Assembly: GCF_006345805.1 (NCBI RefSeq)
Contig: NC_043006.1
Location: 101,928,001 to 101,992,000, forward strand
Source: Octopus sinensis
Lineage: Eukaryota
Length of the DNA stretch: 64,000 nt
Reading direction: 5' to 3'
A model generated the notes under the pieces. The model ran no database searches and was not told where the DNA came from. It worked only from the letters and a program-made list of their open reading frames with translations. Below, one piece after another: positions 1 through 11,481 of this stretch. The translations under genes were made by a program, and so were the position numbers. Every line of letters begins with the position of its first letter. Position 1 is the first letter of the stretch.

Positions 1-129
1 AGTTCTAACTCTACAGGGATCAACTTTTCTTTCCATCTGTCTCTGTGTCATGACTCTCTTGCTCTCCCTAACCCTATTTCCCTCTTTTATCTCCTTTCCT
101 TTACAACTGGGATAACTATGTATCTTCTC

Positions 130-451
130 TATAGCAAGACTCCTATTCTCTATCTCTCTATTATACTTTAGCCTCCATCTCTGTTGAAGAGGTCTTTGAC
201 TTGCAAGTTCCTTGGTGACCTCCTTCCTCCCCACTGATGCTGGTGCCATGTAAAAAGTATTGGTGCTGGTGCCACATGGGAAGTTCCCAGTGCACTCTGT
301 AAAGTTGTTGATGTTAGGAAGGGCATGCAGCCATGGAAACCATGCGAAAGTAGACCTCAGCAGAATCTTCTGGCTTGACAGCCCCTATCAAATCATCTAA
401 CCCATGACAGCATGGGAAAACGGACATTAAATGAAGATCATGAGGATGATG
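130..451 (+). mobile_element. Diverged (GAT)n-tailed hairpin-VNTR element (probable RTE-type LINE 3' UTR)
   Basis: Contains agcaagac..ttgcaagttccttggtgacc, gtgctggtgccac motifs, ttaggaagggcatgcagc and the tail cagcatgggaaaacggacattaaatga-gat, shared with other copies in the window. Confidence 0.7.
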
Positions 452-1397
452 TTAGAGGATTGGACAGCATGTCTTGCAGTATCTGTTCTGGCTCTGAGTT
501 AAATTCCTGCCCTCCTTCTTCCCAGTAGTGTCAGTTTTCAGAAGTTGTGATCAACAGAGACTATCAGCAACTTGAAAAATCAATGGGAACACAGTTTCCC
601 ACATTTGATCGGATGATTGGCCACCACCACCATTTCTCAGTAAATTACATTTATCCTTCATCTCTGCTTGAGTGTTTGTGTGTGAAAGAGAGAGAGAGAG
701 AGAGTATGTATGTATTCATATGTATACAGTAACACAACAAATATGTTCAGTTCATTTTCTTTACTAAAATGGAAATTAGGTTTTTGGGCCCCTTGGCAGT
801 GTTCTCCATTTTGCCCTCTACACTCATTCCCCTCTACACTCCCCTCTCACCAACATTTCTGCCTCGTTTACCACCTTTAACCGGGTCATTTTCTTCATCT
901 TCTTCTTCCTTCTATCGTTATTTCCATCCCTCCTCTCATCCTTCCCCAAGACGTAATTCAGTCATTTTTATCCACTTCACAACTGGCTCAATTCCCAACA
1001 TCCTTTGCAGTTCATTTCTTTGTCATGCTCTTCCAACAATACTTCACTCCATCCCCTGAAATATTTTCATTCTTAACAGCCTTCTCTCCTGCTCTGTGTT
1101 CGTTACCTATGTCTCACTACCATAAATTATAACACTTCTTACACGTGTTATTTCCACCCGTTTTGATCTTGCTTGTTTGTTACACAGTTACCAAGTGTGG
1201 GGAATTATCGTCCTGTCTCTAACTGCATTACTTAATGTAATGGAATGCATTTTATAATGACACAAATAATGAAGATGTAATTTTGTTCATCACAAGATTA
1301 AATGATCCTCTCCCTCCTTTTGCATGTATCTCTGTACTATGTATCTTTGTGTGTATGTGTGTGTGTATTAGATAAAGATAGTTATGGCTGGTCTATG

Positions 1398-1456
1398 GGG
1401 TTACCCAGAGTTTCACATCCATAAAACACTTGGCTTTACAGCATCTCTTCAGACCC
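1398..1456 (-). ncRNA. Hammerhead-ribozyme-like motif (type I), probably Penelope-derived
   Basis: Minus strand reads GGGT CTGAAGA [imperfect stem II] GAAAC TCTGG GT A ACCC. Core is intact, stem I is GGGT/ACCC, cleavage triplet GTA. Confidence 0.55.
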
Positions 1457-1653
1457 TAATGGCTGGTGGCCTATAACCTCTCTTCAAAGTGGAGGAAGAA
1501 AAGACCTTGGGGCCTGTTGTTGAACACACAGACAATGAAGAAAGGTTAAGTGCAAGGGATTGTCTCCCTTAGACTGTTATCCATAATCGACCTGCTCAGT
1601 TCGTGGGTCCTAGGACTTCAGTAGAACTACACACATGTGATTTTGTATATATA

Positions 1654-1812
1654 TCATCATCATCATCATTTAACGTCCGTTCTCCATGCTGGCATGGGTT
1701 GGACGGTTCGACCGGGGATCTGGGAAGCCAGGAGGCTGCACCAGGCTCCGGTCTTATCTGGCAATGTTTCTACAGCTGGATGTTCTTCCTAATGCCACCC
1801 ACACCGTGAGTG
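1654..1812 (-). mobile_element. 5'-truncated (GAT)n-tailed element copy
   Basis: (cat)n-tttaacgtccgttctccatgctggcatgggttggacgg...ctggatgttcttcctaatgcca, matching the family consensus. Confidence 0.85.
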
Positions 1813-1853
<41 letters not shown>

Positions 1854-1981
1854 TTGTATACATGTATATACACACACTACATTTATGGTTAGATCATGTG
1901 ATTAATATCCCTCAGCTTACAGTTCATGTACCCAAACAGTGGTACATTTACTGTGATTGATGATAGTGATATTCAATACAT

Positions 1982-2190
1982 TGGTTTCAAATTTTGATAA
2001 AAGGTCAACAGTGTGGGGAAGGAGCTAACTCACTTACATCCACCCCAGTGCTCAACTGGTATTTATTTTATCAACCCCGAGATGATGAAGGCCAAATCTG
2101 ACCCTTGCACCATTTGAACTCAGAATGTCAAGTTAGACAAAATGCTTCTATGTATTTTGCCTGGCGTGCTAACAATTCTGCCAGCTTGCA
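1982..2190 (-). mobile_element. tRNA-derived SINE, family M
   Basis: Reverse reads ctggcagaattgttagcacgcc..ttctgagttcaaat (box B) ..ttcatcatctcggggttgataaaataaataccag. The central motif resembles what I recall as the Meta-domain (unverified). Confidence 0.8.
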
Positions 2191-2440
2191 ACTGTCAGTA
2201 GCATTCAATATGTTGCCTACAGGATTGACCAGACCTTCTCTAACTGAATGAATGTGAGGTATGGATATTTACATCTTAATATTGCACATAATACAGGTGC
2301 TAATTTTACAAATTTCATACATATAACCAGTATGTTAACATATCACTATAGACCAAACTCTATACCAATACTAAATGTACTACCATCAAGATGATGTGCT
2401 TATGTGATTATGTATGCATATATATATACATATATAAATG

Positions 2441-2671
2441 CAGTGTACATTTAAACACATAAGAGGTATCCTTCATAGGATTCCTTTCACTCTAGAAGGA
2501 ACAGCTAAAGTCGAAACCACTCTTAGGGATAAAAAAACTCAAAGTGAATGAAAAATAAAGACATTTGCCTCCAAGTTTTTTATCCCTAATAGTGGTTTGG
2601 ACTTTAGCTGTTCCTTCTAGCATGAAAGGAATCCTATGAAGGATACCTCTTATGTGTTTAAATGTACACTG
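2441..2671. mobile_element. Near-perfect palindromic MITE, Tc1/mariner-type ends
   Basis: Arms 2441-2539 and 2574-2671 are reverse complements (cagtgtacatttaaacacataagaggtatcc... / ...ggatacctcttatgtgtttaaatgtacactg). CAGTG...CACTG termini, TA on the right, TG on the left. Confidence 0.85.
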
Positions 2672-2768
2672 TATTTTATATGAATAATATATAGTCTATT
2701 GACTAATTTTTCTACACGCTAGGCTACAGGTAGTAAAAATTTCTAAAATATTTATTACCCTGATATTA

Positions 2769-2808
<40 letters not shown>

Positions 2809-2867
2809 TATATATAATATATATATTATATTAAATTAGAGATAAAACCATTATTAGGCAAATCACG

Positions 2868-4741
2868 TACAAACACTATTTTCTCTGATAACCTTCCTAT
2901 TATTCCACTGCACCTCTTGTATGTCCATAGCTTACAATGGGTACAGTGTATTGAATTCCTGCCTATACCTTTCCTACATATCAAGCAGAGCCATTTACCT
3001 GATGGGGGTAGAATCCTATTAGTTTTCTTGCTTACTAAAACATTAGTCTTTGTTAAATTAACCTTAAGACCTTTTGATTCCAGGTTTTGCTTCCACAGCT
3101 GGAATTTCTTTCCCAGTTCTGTTATAGAATCTGCTATAAGAACAAGATCAGTATATAGCAGTTCCCAAAGGCAATCCATCTTGAATTCCTCTGTTATTGC
3201 CTGGAGGATAATGAGGAATAGGAAGGAACTGAAAACCAAACTTTGATGAACATCGACTTGTACATTAAATTCATCGCTGTACTCATGGTTAACTCTCACC
3301 TAACTGACAGCACCTCACAAACTTTCACAAGCCACTCATCTACCCCTAGCTTCTTGAGGGCCCACCATATTACACAGCAGAGTACTCTGTCAAAGGCTTT
3401 CTCCAAGTCAACAAATGCCAAGTATAATGGTTTATTCTCAGCCAGATACTTCACCTGCAGTTGTCTGACAATGAAGATACCATCCGTTGTGCTTCTCCCC
3501 AGTACAAAACCAAACTACATTTCATCTAATCTGATTCTGTTCCTAATTAATTGGGTAATATCTCTTTCCATAATTTTCACGACCTGGTCCAGCAATTTGA
3601 TGCCTCTGTAATTACTTTTATCTAAGGTGTCTCATTTACCCTTGTAACAGCAGGCTATAGTGCTGCTGCACCAGTCATTAGGGATGACACCTTCCTGAAT
3701 AACCTGATTAACTGTATGAGTGACTGGATACTACTCTGCCAGATATTTCAAGCATCTCAGCAATAACTCCCAATGGACTAAGGGCTTTCCCTCTCTTCAT
3801 ATCCTTAATTGCCTTAATCATACTGCAGTCCACACAATTAGCCAGTCCCTCTGTTGGGTTCACATAGGGAAGATTCCCTTTCTCTCATTCTTTCTCCGTA
3901 TAGCCTTTCATACCACTTCCATGCAGGGCGCACACTCTCCTACCCTGATGTAATCTCCAGGGATACAGGCATCCAGCAACAGGACCTCCGTAATGCTATG
4001 ATGGACCGTGAAGTCTGGCGTAACATAGTAAATTCCATTGTCTCGACCACGGTCGAACAATGATGATGAAATGATGAGGCTTCTTATTTTTTTCCGTCTT
4101 TTGAGTCACTGAGAGCAAGTATACCATTATCCATCCATACACACTTCTTCCCCACAACATCTTGATTCTCTTTGACACATTTGCTAACAATCCAGAACAC
4201 CTTAAGTCTCTGATCTTCATGTTGTTAGACATTGACAAACCTCTTCTTTTTTGCTTCTACCCTTTGCTAGATAAACCTGTCACTTAGCTTTCCTTTAGCC
4301 TTCCTGATACAGTTCTTCTCTGCCTCATTTTATCCAATTTTTTCAAGCTTGTTTCTTAACTTTTATGGCCCTATCTACCTCACTGTTCCATCACAAAGTC
4401 ACTCTCCATCTGGCAGAGACTTTACTCTAACCACAGATTGGTTTGCAGCTTTCAAAAGACTGTCCCATACGAGCTTCCTGTTGTCCTCTCCATTATACGT
4501 CACAAGCTCCACCTCTTTGTAATAAGAATGTCTCTAAATCTCTGACTGTTTGATGGATATTTGAATTTCTATAACTTACTTTCTCGAACTGGTTTGCATC
4601 TCTGTATCCATCTAGCTGTAAATCTGTAAACACTAACCACCAACTTATGTTGAGTAGTACATTCCTCCTGGGAAAGGACTTAGCATTTATAAGCATTTGA
4701 CTGTCTCTGTTTCTAGTGAGAATGTAGTCAATCTTGCTCAA
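2868..4741 (-). pseudogene. Decayed RTE-clade LINE ORF: end of endonuclease, RT, Cys-rich zinc-finger insert
   Basis: SKIDYIL (4493-4741); VHQSLVFSSFLF and ELLYTDL (degenerate GVHQGSVLSP and YADD motifs); KWLCLICRKGIGRNSIHCTHCKLWTYKRCSG. Many stops and frameshifts. Confidence 0.9.
3922..4072 (+). mobile_element. 3' tip of a different RTE-type LINE inserted antisense into the decayed LINE
   Basis: GRTLSYPDVISRDTGIQQQDLRNAMMDREVWRNIVNSIVSTTVEQ* followed directly by a (tga)n tail; little decay. Confidence 0.75.
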
Positions 4742-4853
4742 GTACCTACCAGACTGATAAGTGATTAGATGGCTGGCTGACTGGTTTCCTGAAGTCAGTG
4801 ATGCAGACTAGCAATATATGTACATACATATATGAATAAATAAACATCGAGAG

Positions 4854-4857
<4 letters not shown>

Positions 4858-4918
<61 letters not shown>

Positions 4919-5094
4919 TGTATATATGTATGGATATATATATATGTGGTATGTATATATCCATATATGTATGTGTATATGTATGTACGTATGTATATAT
5001 ATATATATATACTTTATTTAAAGCAACAGAAAATTCAACAAAACCTGTTACTGGTATTTAAGTACACCTTGTTTCACATTTATGTGTTTACTCT

Positions 5095-5155
<61 letters not shown>

Positions 5156-5162
5156 TATATAT
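4858..5162. repeat. (TA)n/(CA)n microsatellite cluster
   Basis: Long TA runs at about 4858-4902 and 5096-5160. Confidence 0.95.
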
Positions 5163-5171
5163 GCATATAAA

Positions 5172-5412
5172 GGTATGTGGCTTAGTGGTTAGCGTATTCA
5201 GCTCATGGTCATATATGGTCATGAGTTTGATTCTTAGTGGCTCATTGTATCCTTGAGCAAGACACTTCATTTCATGCTGCTCCAGTCCACTCAGCTGGCA
5301 AAAATGAGTAGCATCTGTATTTCAAAGGGCCATCTTTGTCGCATTCTGTGTCACACTAAATCTCTTTGAGGATTATGTTATGGGTACGCATGTCTGTGGA
5401 ATGCTCAGTCAT
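5172..5412 (+). mobile_element. tRNA-derived SINE, family R, body type 1
   Basis: tggcttagtggttag (box A), tccttgagcaagacac body, and the 3' segment gtatttcaaagggc..tgtctgtgga shared with 17573-17890 and 20931-21316. Confidence 0.8.
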
Positions 5413-5812
5413 TTACTCTCTTTTCTCTTTTACCTGATTCAGTCATTTGACTGCGGCCATGCTGGAGCACCACCTTTAGTCGAGCAAATCGACCTCGGGA
5501 CTTATTCTTTGTAAGCCCAATACTTATTGTATCAGTCTCTTTTGCCGAACCGCTAAGTGATGGGGACGTAAACACACCAGCATCAGTTGTCAAGCAATGC
5601 TAGAGGGACAAACACAGACACACAAACATATATATATATACATATATACGACAGGCTTCTTTCAGTTTCCATCTACCAAATCCACTCACAAGGCATTGGT
5701 CGGCCCGGGGCTATAGCAGAAGATGCTTGCCCAAGATGCCATGCAGTGGGACTGAACCTGGAACCATGTGGTTGGTTAGCAAGCTACTTACCACACAGCC
5801 ACTCCTGCGCCT
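5413..5812 (-). mobile_element. Full-length tRNA/CORE-like SINE, family C, tail T1
   Basis: Reverse reads aggcgcaggagtggctgtgtggtaag..ggttcagtccc..cttgggcaag (CORE-like), an internal (TA/CA)n, and the tail ccagcatggccgcagtcaaatgactgaa. Confidence 0.9.
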
Positions 5813-6074
5813 ATTTGCTTGTTAATTTTACTAACAGGCTGTTCTCTTGATTGGGTCATCTAGAATACTCAGTCATAACTGATTGAGTGCCAGTGTGTGT
5901 GTATATTCATTCATGTGTGTGTGTGTCTGTGTGTGTGTGTATGCATAAATTTATTCATATATGTAAGTTTTGGAACAATGAGTATACGTCAGTGTTGGGT
6001 GAAACACATTCACAGTTTGAACTAATTGGTGTCATCCACAGATATATAGAAATGTTCATATACATATATGTGTA

Positions 6075-6110
<36 letters not shown>

Positions 6111-6115
<5 letters not shown>

Positions 6116-7355
6116 GTTGGACAAAATAATGGAAACTCCATAAAATTTCAAACAAATTTATTTTAATGTGGGGTAGCACTGCCTTTGGCAGTAATTACGC
6201 TTTGAATTCTATGAGGTATGGACTCATACAAAGTTTGAACTGTTTCCAAAGGAATTTTTGTCCATCCTTCAGCTAAAACAGTCTCCAGTTCTTGTAGTGA
6301 TGATGGTGGAGGATATCAACTCCTTACTTGTTTTTCTAAAATGCACCATAAATGTTCAATTATATTTAGATATTGGGGACTGTGGTGGTCAGATAAGTTG
6401 TTCAACTTCACCAGAATGTTCCCCGTGCCATTCATTAACAACTTTAACTGTGTGAATTGGTGCATTATCATCCTGAAAGATTGCGTTTCCTTCCATAGGA
6501 TGAATTTGATAAGATAAAAGGCTTAGTCTTGACTATTAATTCTGCTATGAAGGGAAACCATTGGGTCAGTGGATTTCCAAGATATAGCTCCCCAGTTCAT
6601 CACAGATCCTCCTCCATGTTTAACAGTTGGAAAAAAGCAGTCTAGGTCAAATGCTTCTTTTGGCTGTTTCCACTCATATACTTGGTCGGTGGTTGGAAAT
6701 AAGGTAAAGGATGACTAGTCCAAATTAATAACTATCTTCCACTGCTCTTGGGGCCAATTCTGTAGGTTTTTACTCCACTCTAAATGCTTTGCAACATTTG
6801 TTTTTGAAAGTAGTGGTTTTCTCATTGCAGCCCTCCCCTGAAATCCAGCTTTGTGAAGCTCCTGACCAAACAGTTTTTGCGGAAACTGAGTTCTCAATGT
6901 GGTCATTAAGCTCTGCAGAAATTTTGGGGGCTGTACTTTTGTGATCCTTTCTAATAATACTCATAAGAGTCCGATGGTCCTTATATGAAAGTTTTGGTTT
7001 TCTTCCAGAGTTTTTTTGGGACGAGGAGGTTTTTCCCTCTTTCTCAAAGTCTGTCATTACTTTTGAAACAGTACTTCTGGATACACCAAACATTTCGGCT
7101 GTTTTCATTACGCTAGCACCTGCCATACAAACACCAACAATTTGACCTCTTTGAAAGTCCGATAAATCTGTCATTTTAATGAATTTTAGTTGCCTTTTTC
7201 TGGTGATATCTGAAAAGAAAAAGCAATTTTAGCCAAACATATTAAGCAACACAAATAAATAATCAAAAAACATAAAAATAAACAAGCTTTTGATGGTTTT
7301 ATAGATATTTCAAAATTATGATGCTAGGTGTTTCCAGTGTTTTGTCTGATTCCTG
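6111..7355 (-). mobile_element. Tc1-family DNA transposon, near full length, inactive
   Basis: Imperfect TIRs aggggttggacaaaataatggaaac / gtttccagtgttttgtctgattcctg, flanked by TA, enclosing a transposase relic. Confidence 0.92.
6163..7174 (-). pseudogene. Tc1 transposase pseudogene
   Basis: MTDLSDFQRGQIVG..GVSRSTVSKV (HTH), GRKPKLS, D*SSF, VKHGGGSVMNWG, FQDDNA, SP-LNIIEHLW. Stops and frameshifts. Confidence 0.93.
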
Positions 7356-7449
7356 TATATATGTGTGTTTGTGTATATATGTATATGTATATTTATGTGT
7401 ATTTATATGTGCATGCATGTGTATGTATGTATAAATATATATATGTATG

Positions 7450-7680
7450 TAAATCTTTTTCTTTATGGCTTTCAGCCAGAGGCTAAGGCCATGCTGGTGC
7501 ATAACCTTTACTGCATCCAGGGACTTTTCCAGTATTTCTTTTGGCAAAGTAGCAAGTTGGATGTTGCTGCTCTTCTTTGTGCCTCCTGTCGCAATGTGGG
7601 TTCATCTAGAATTGCAGATAAAAACTTCCTTGTCTACATCTTGCAGATCCCTGATGTTCTGTGGTAGGGCATTAAAAAGT
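7450..7680 (-). pseudogene. 3' fragment of a CR1-group LINE
   Basis: Minus strand LFNALPQNIRDLQDVDKEVF resembles the LFNxLPxxxR..FK C-terminal motif of CR1-group ORF2. Confidence 0.55.
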
Positions 7681-7687
7681 TGTAGTC

Positions 7688-7845
7688 CCTTCTTTCAGTT
7701 TCCGTCTACCAAATCCACTCACAAGGCATTGGTCGGCCCGGGGCTATAGCAGAAGACACTTGCCCAGGATGCCACGCAGTGGGACTGAACCCGGAACCAT
7801 GTGGTTGGTTAGCAAGCTACTTACCACACAGCCACTCCTGTGCCT
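7688..7845 (-). mobile_element. Family C SINE, 5' half
   Basis: Near-identical to 5650-5810 (ctttcagtttccgtctaccaaatccactcacaaggc...cacacagccactcctg). Confidence 0.9.
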
Positions 7846-8825
7846 ATTTATAAATATAATATATTTATATTTATGTATGTGTCTGTATATAAGTATATAT
7901 GTGATGATGGGTTCTCTTGTAGTGAACAAGAAATGAGGGTTCAATAAAATAAAGTGGTAATCATGTTCTATGGACACAAATATGTATTTTGCAACTTGCT
8001 GATGCCTTACAAACTTTTTGGCAAATAAAACAAGTTGAAGATTCAGTTTGGTTGAGCATCTGTGGATCATTTACTGTGCTTTGTTGAGTGGCTGGCAAGG
8101 CCTGCTTTGCTTCATGCTACAAAACTACAACGACAGGTAAAGTTTCTATTTAGAGGAGCAGCATTTTGCCAGAGTGCCTTCATAGTTGCACATAATTGAT
8201 CCGAATACTGGAGTCAACTTTGCCCAAATCTTTGAACTGAGGAGAAGCATTCTGATGCTTTGTTTTCCCAAGAAAAAAAAGGGAATGTTGCATCACTTCA
8301 GATTGTCTTTTAGTTTGTTTGAGGTGAGAGAGCATGTGTTTGAGTATCTGAATCTTTGTGGGGAGGGTTGCATGCATGTTCCCATGTGTGTCTCTTTGTA
8401 CATTCTGTGAAGTGGCTTGATAGAAAGTCCAAATGCAGAGACACACACATGTGATAGTAACGGCACCCTGTTGTAAAACATGCCAGCAAAGCATCTACAA
8501 AGGGGAGCTGGTCCCTAATCTTTCAAGGAGGACAGTTACTTTAGATGGTAACTAACTCTGTCTGTGGCAACTCTTCTAATCTGTACCAGCATGGAAGAAA
8601 AATGCATATGGATTAGTGATATTGATGTATGTGTTTATATATATTCCTTCATATGTTTATGTGTGTGTGTGTGTGTGTGTGCACGTGTATATATACATTC
8701 TTTCTTGTGTGTATGTGTATACATGCTCATATATACATACATACATACATTACATAAAGACATTTATACCACTTCATTTCATTACCTCTTAATCTCTGCA
8801 TACTTTTTCTTCTATACTTTCCACT

Positions 8826-9010
8826 CAATCTCTCTCTCTCCCCCTCTCTCTCTCCCCTTCCCCTCCTCCTCTCTCTCCCTCCCTCTCCATCTCCCTACCC
8901 TCTCTCTCTCTCTTTCTCACTCTCTTCCTCTCTCTCTCCCTCTCTCAGCCCTTTTCTCCCTCTCCCCCTCCTCCTCTCTCTCTCCCTCCCTCTCCATCTC
9001 CCCCCCCCAC
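8826..9010. repeat. Polypyrimidine (CT/CCCT)n tract
   Basis: About 180 bp of almost pure C/T on the + strand. Confidence 0.9.
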
Positions 9011-9769
9011 ACAGGTTATCTTCTCATATACCAACTTAATATATTTCTTCTGTGTCACTCTTTTCTCCATTTATTTCCCATTCACTCTTTCCCTCTCAAG
9101 CTTTCTCTCCTTCCTACAGTCTCTCCTTCCTACTGTTTCTCCTTCCTACTGTCTCTCCTTACTCTCCTGATTCCTATTCATCCATTCCACTGTTTTATCT
9201 CCTCTAGTGGTTTCACTTTTATCCTTGACGCTCCTTGGCCTCTATTTATCTTCATTCACTACCCATCTATATTTAAGTTTATATCTCTATCTTTATGTAT
9301 CTGTATTTTGTGTCCATGGCTGCTTTGTGTTGTATTTATCTATATTATGTAGCTATTGTGTCTGTGTGGTATTTAAATGTTGCGTTTATGTGAATATTCT
9401 ATTGTATGTTGTATATATGTTATGTGTCTTTTATTTCATTCTGCAGTATGTTGCATGGCTGTTATCTGTATTTATATATGGCTTTAATATTGTAAGAAGG
9501 CCAATTCAGGGGATTATTAAGCTGATATCCTACTCCTGATATTCACAATTACAGAGATTTGAAATTAACTTCTATTTTTATTCACAGTTTAAGCTCTCAA
9601 AGGTCAATGTAGTTAAGTGGTTAATTTGGTAGAAAATGGTTACTAAAGTTATCTTGCATTGATACACTATCAACTGCATAGTTCCTGCAACTGCATTTCT
9701 TAACAACATAGCTCCTACAATTAGATGCCCAACCACATAGAAGCACGTAGACATCAAAATACCACTGTA

Positions 9770-10190
9770 ATATTATGTAATTCTTCAATACTGTCATATA
9801 ATACTGCCTTATCATCATATAACACTTATATAATATCATAGAACACCTCTATAACATCATATAGCAGCTCTATATCATTATGTTATACCACTACAACATC
9901 ATGGAACATTTCTGTAGTATCATATAACACTTTTATAGCATTATATAATGCCTCTATAACATCATATAACACCTCTGTAACCTCATATAACACTGCTTGC
10001 ATCATATAATGCCACTATACCATTAAACTGCAACTCTACAACATCACATAACTCATCTGTAACATCATATAATACCTCAATAACATCAGCAGTATTGTAG
10101 CATTAATTAGCAGTGTTATAATATTATATAGCACCTTTATAGCATTGCATTATACCATAACAGTTCTTTAACATTTTATAACACCACTAC
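9770..10190. repeat. Degenerate 21-bp minisatellite, about 20 units
   Basis: Consensus acacctctataacatcatata, e.g. atgcctctataacatcatata, acacctctgtaacctcatata, gcaactctacaacatcacata. Confidence 0.85.
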
Positions 10191-11264
10191 AAAATGTCTA
10201 GCTCTATAATTGTGAGACTTGGTCAATGCCCAGGGCCCTTAGGTGCCACCTCAATTCTTTTGGCACCAGGATGCTTTGCAGGATTCTGTATCTAACCAAT
10301 GATATGACAGATGAAACTTCTTTGACCAGTTCACCATAGTGTGTGCAAGTAAGAGAGAAAGAGTGAGTTCTTATTCATTCTCTGCACATGTGTGCAGGCA
10401 GAAACGATAGCTACACCATTCTTAAGCACAGTGTTGTTTGGTTGCTGTTTACTGTGAAAGCATGTCCAGGTTTCTTGAGATATCTTGACATGGGTGCTTA
10501 CTGATTGTAAACACTTGTTGCTGCTTGGTTCACACCAATGCTGCTGAGATGTGTTGTTGGTGTTGTGATGGTTGCTGGTTAATTTGCGGAAGCTTTGTGC
10601 AATGATTTAACAATACCAAACAAACATTTAAACATAATTTATTAACACTGCACCAGTCATATGAAGTTATTCATGAACTACTGAATATCCATGTTGAGTA
10701 AAAAAAAAATGAAATGCAACATGCATATCAACTGGATATCAAAATTGACCTCTGGGGCTGGATTAAACAAAAGGAATACATATACACATATGCTGCTTCA
10801 TGTCTGTCACTACAAATAGCATATTAGTTTAAGAAGGCAGTTGTTATAATGACTATGAAAGAAAGAGTGTGTATTTTGAACTATGACGAAGGACACTGAA
10901 GTTTGGCACTAAAAAGGGATCTATTCATAGCTCTTGTTTGTAAATGTTTTAGGGCCTTCCAAAGTAATCTCTCATATGCTATCTGACTTCTGATTGGCCA
11001 ATAACTCAGCTGCACACATGATCAGGCCATTGCTATGTTGTGGCTTGAAATTTTCAATATGGCAACACTAGTTTGAGTCCTGCTACCATATCATTTCTTT
11101 TCAGTCCTCTGCAGAAGTATATCCAGTTTGTTTTGTTGTTTAATTGACTGAGGGATTGGAAATAGGCGAGGGTTAGTATCAGAGAGGACATCAGAGAGAG
11201 CTATAGAAAACTCTGTTAGTGTAGTCTCATCTGACTCATGCAAGCATGGGAAAGCAGACTTTAA

Positions 11265-11481
11265 CCCTCTAGCATTTAAACCAGTCATATCCGGCCCAAA
11301 TATTTTACCTGTTTTATGTTCAAACCAGTCAGAACTGGCCTCTCACACTTACCTGACAATGTCTTTTTTTTAAATCAACAATCACATCATTGAAATCTTA
11401 GTGCTATGAGACACTGCATGATTAATTCTAAACAGTGCAATTAAATATTACATTTGAAAGAATAATCTGAATGCTAAAGGG
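11265..11481. mobile_element. piggyBac-type MITE
   Basis: TTAA|ccctctagcattt ... aatgctaaaggg|TTAA; homologous to 39428-39647. Confidence 0.8.

Noticed and set aside
8564-9352. 262-aa ORF, and similar ORFs at 23985, 35055 and 62565
   Set aside because: Translations of microsatellite, minisatellite or polypyrimidine tracts
10993-11002. Palindromic double CCAAT box attggccaat
   Set aside because: A single 10-bp motif is expected by chance, and there is no other promoter evidence
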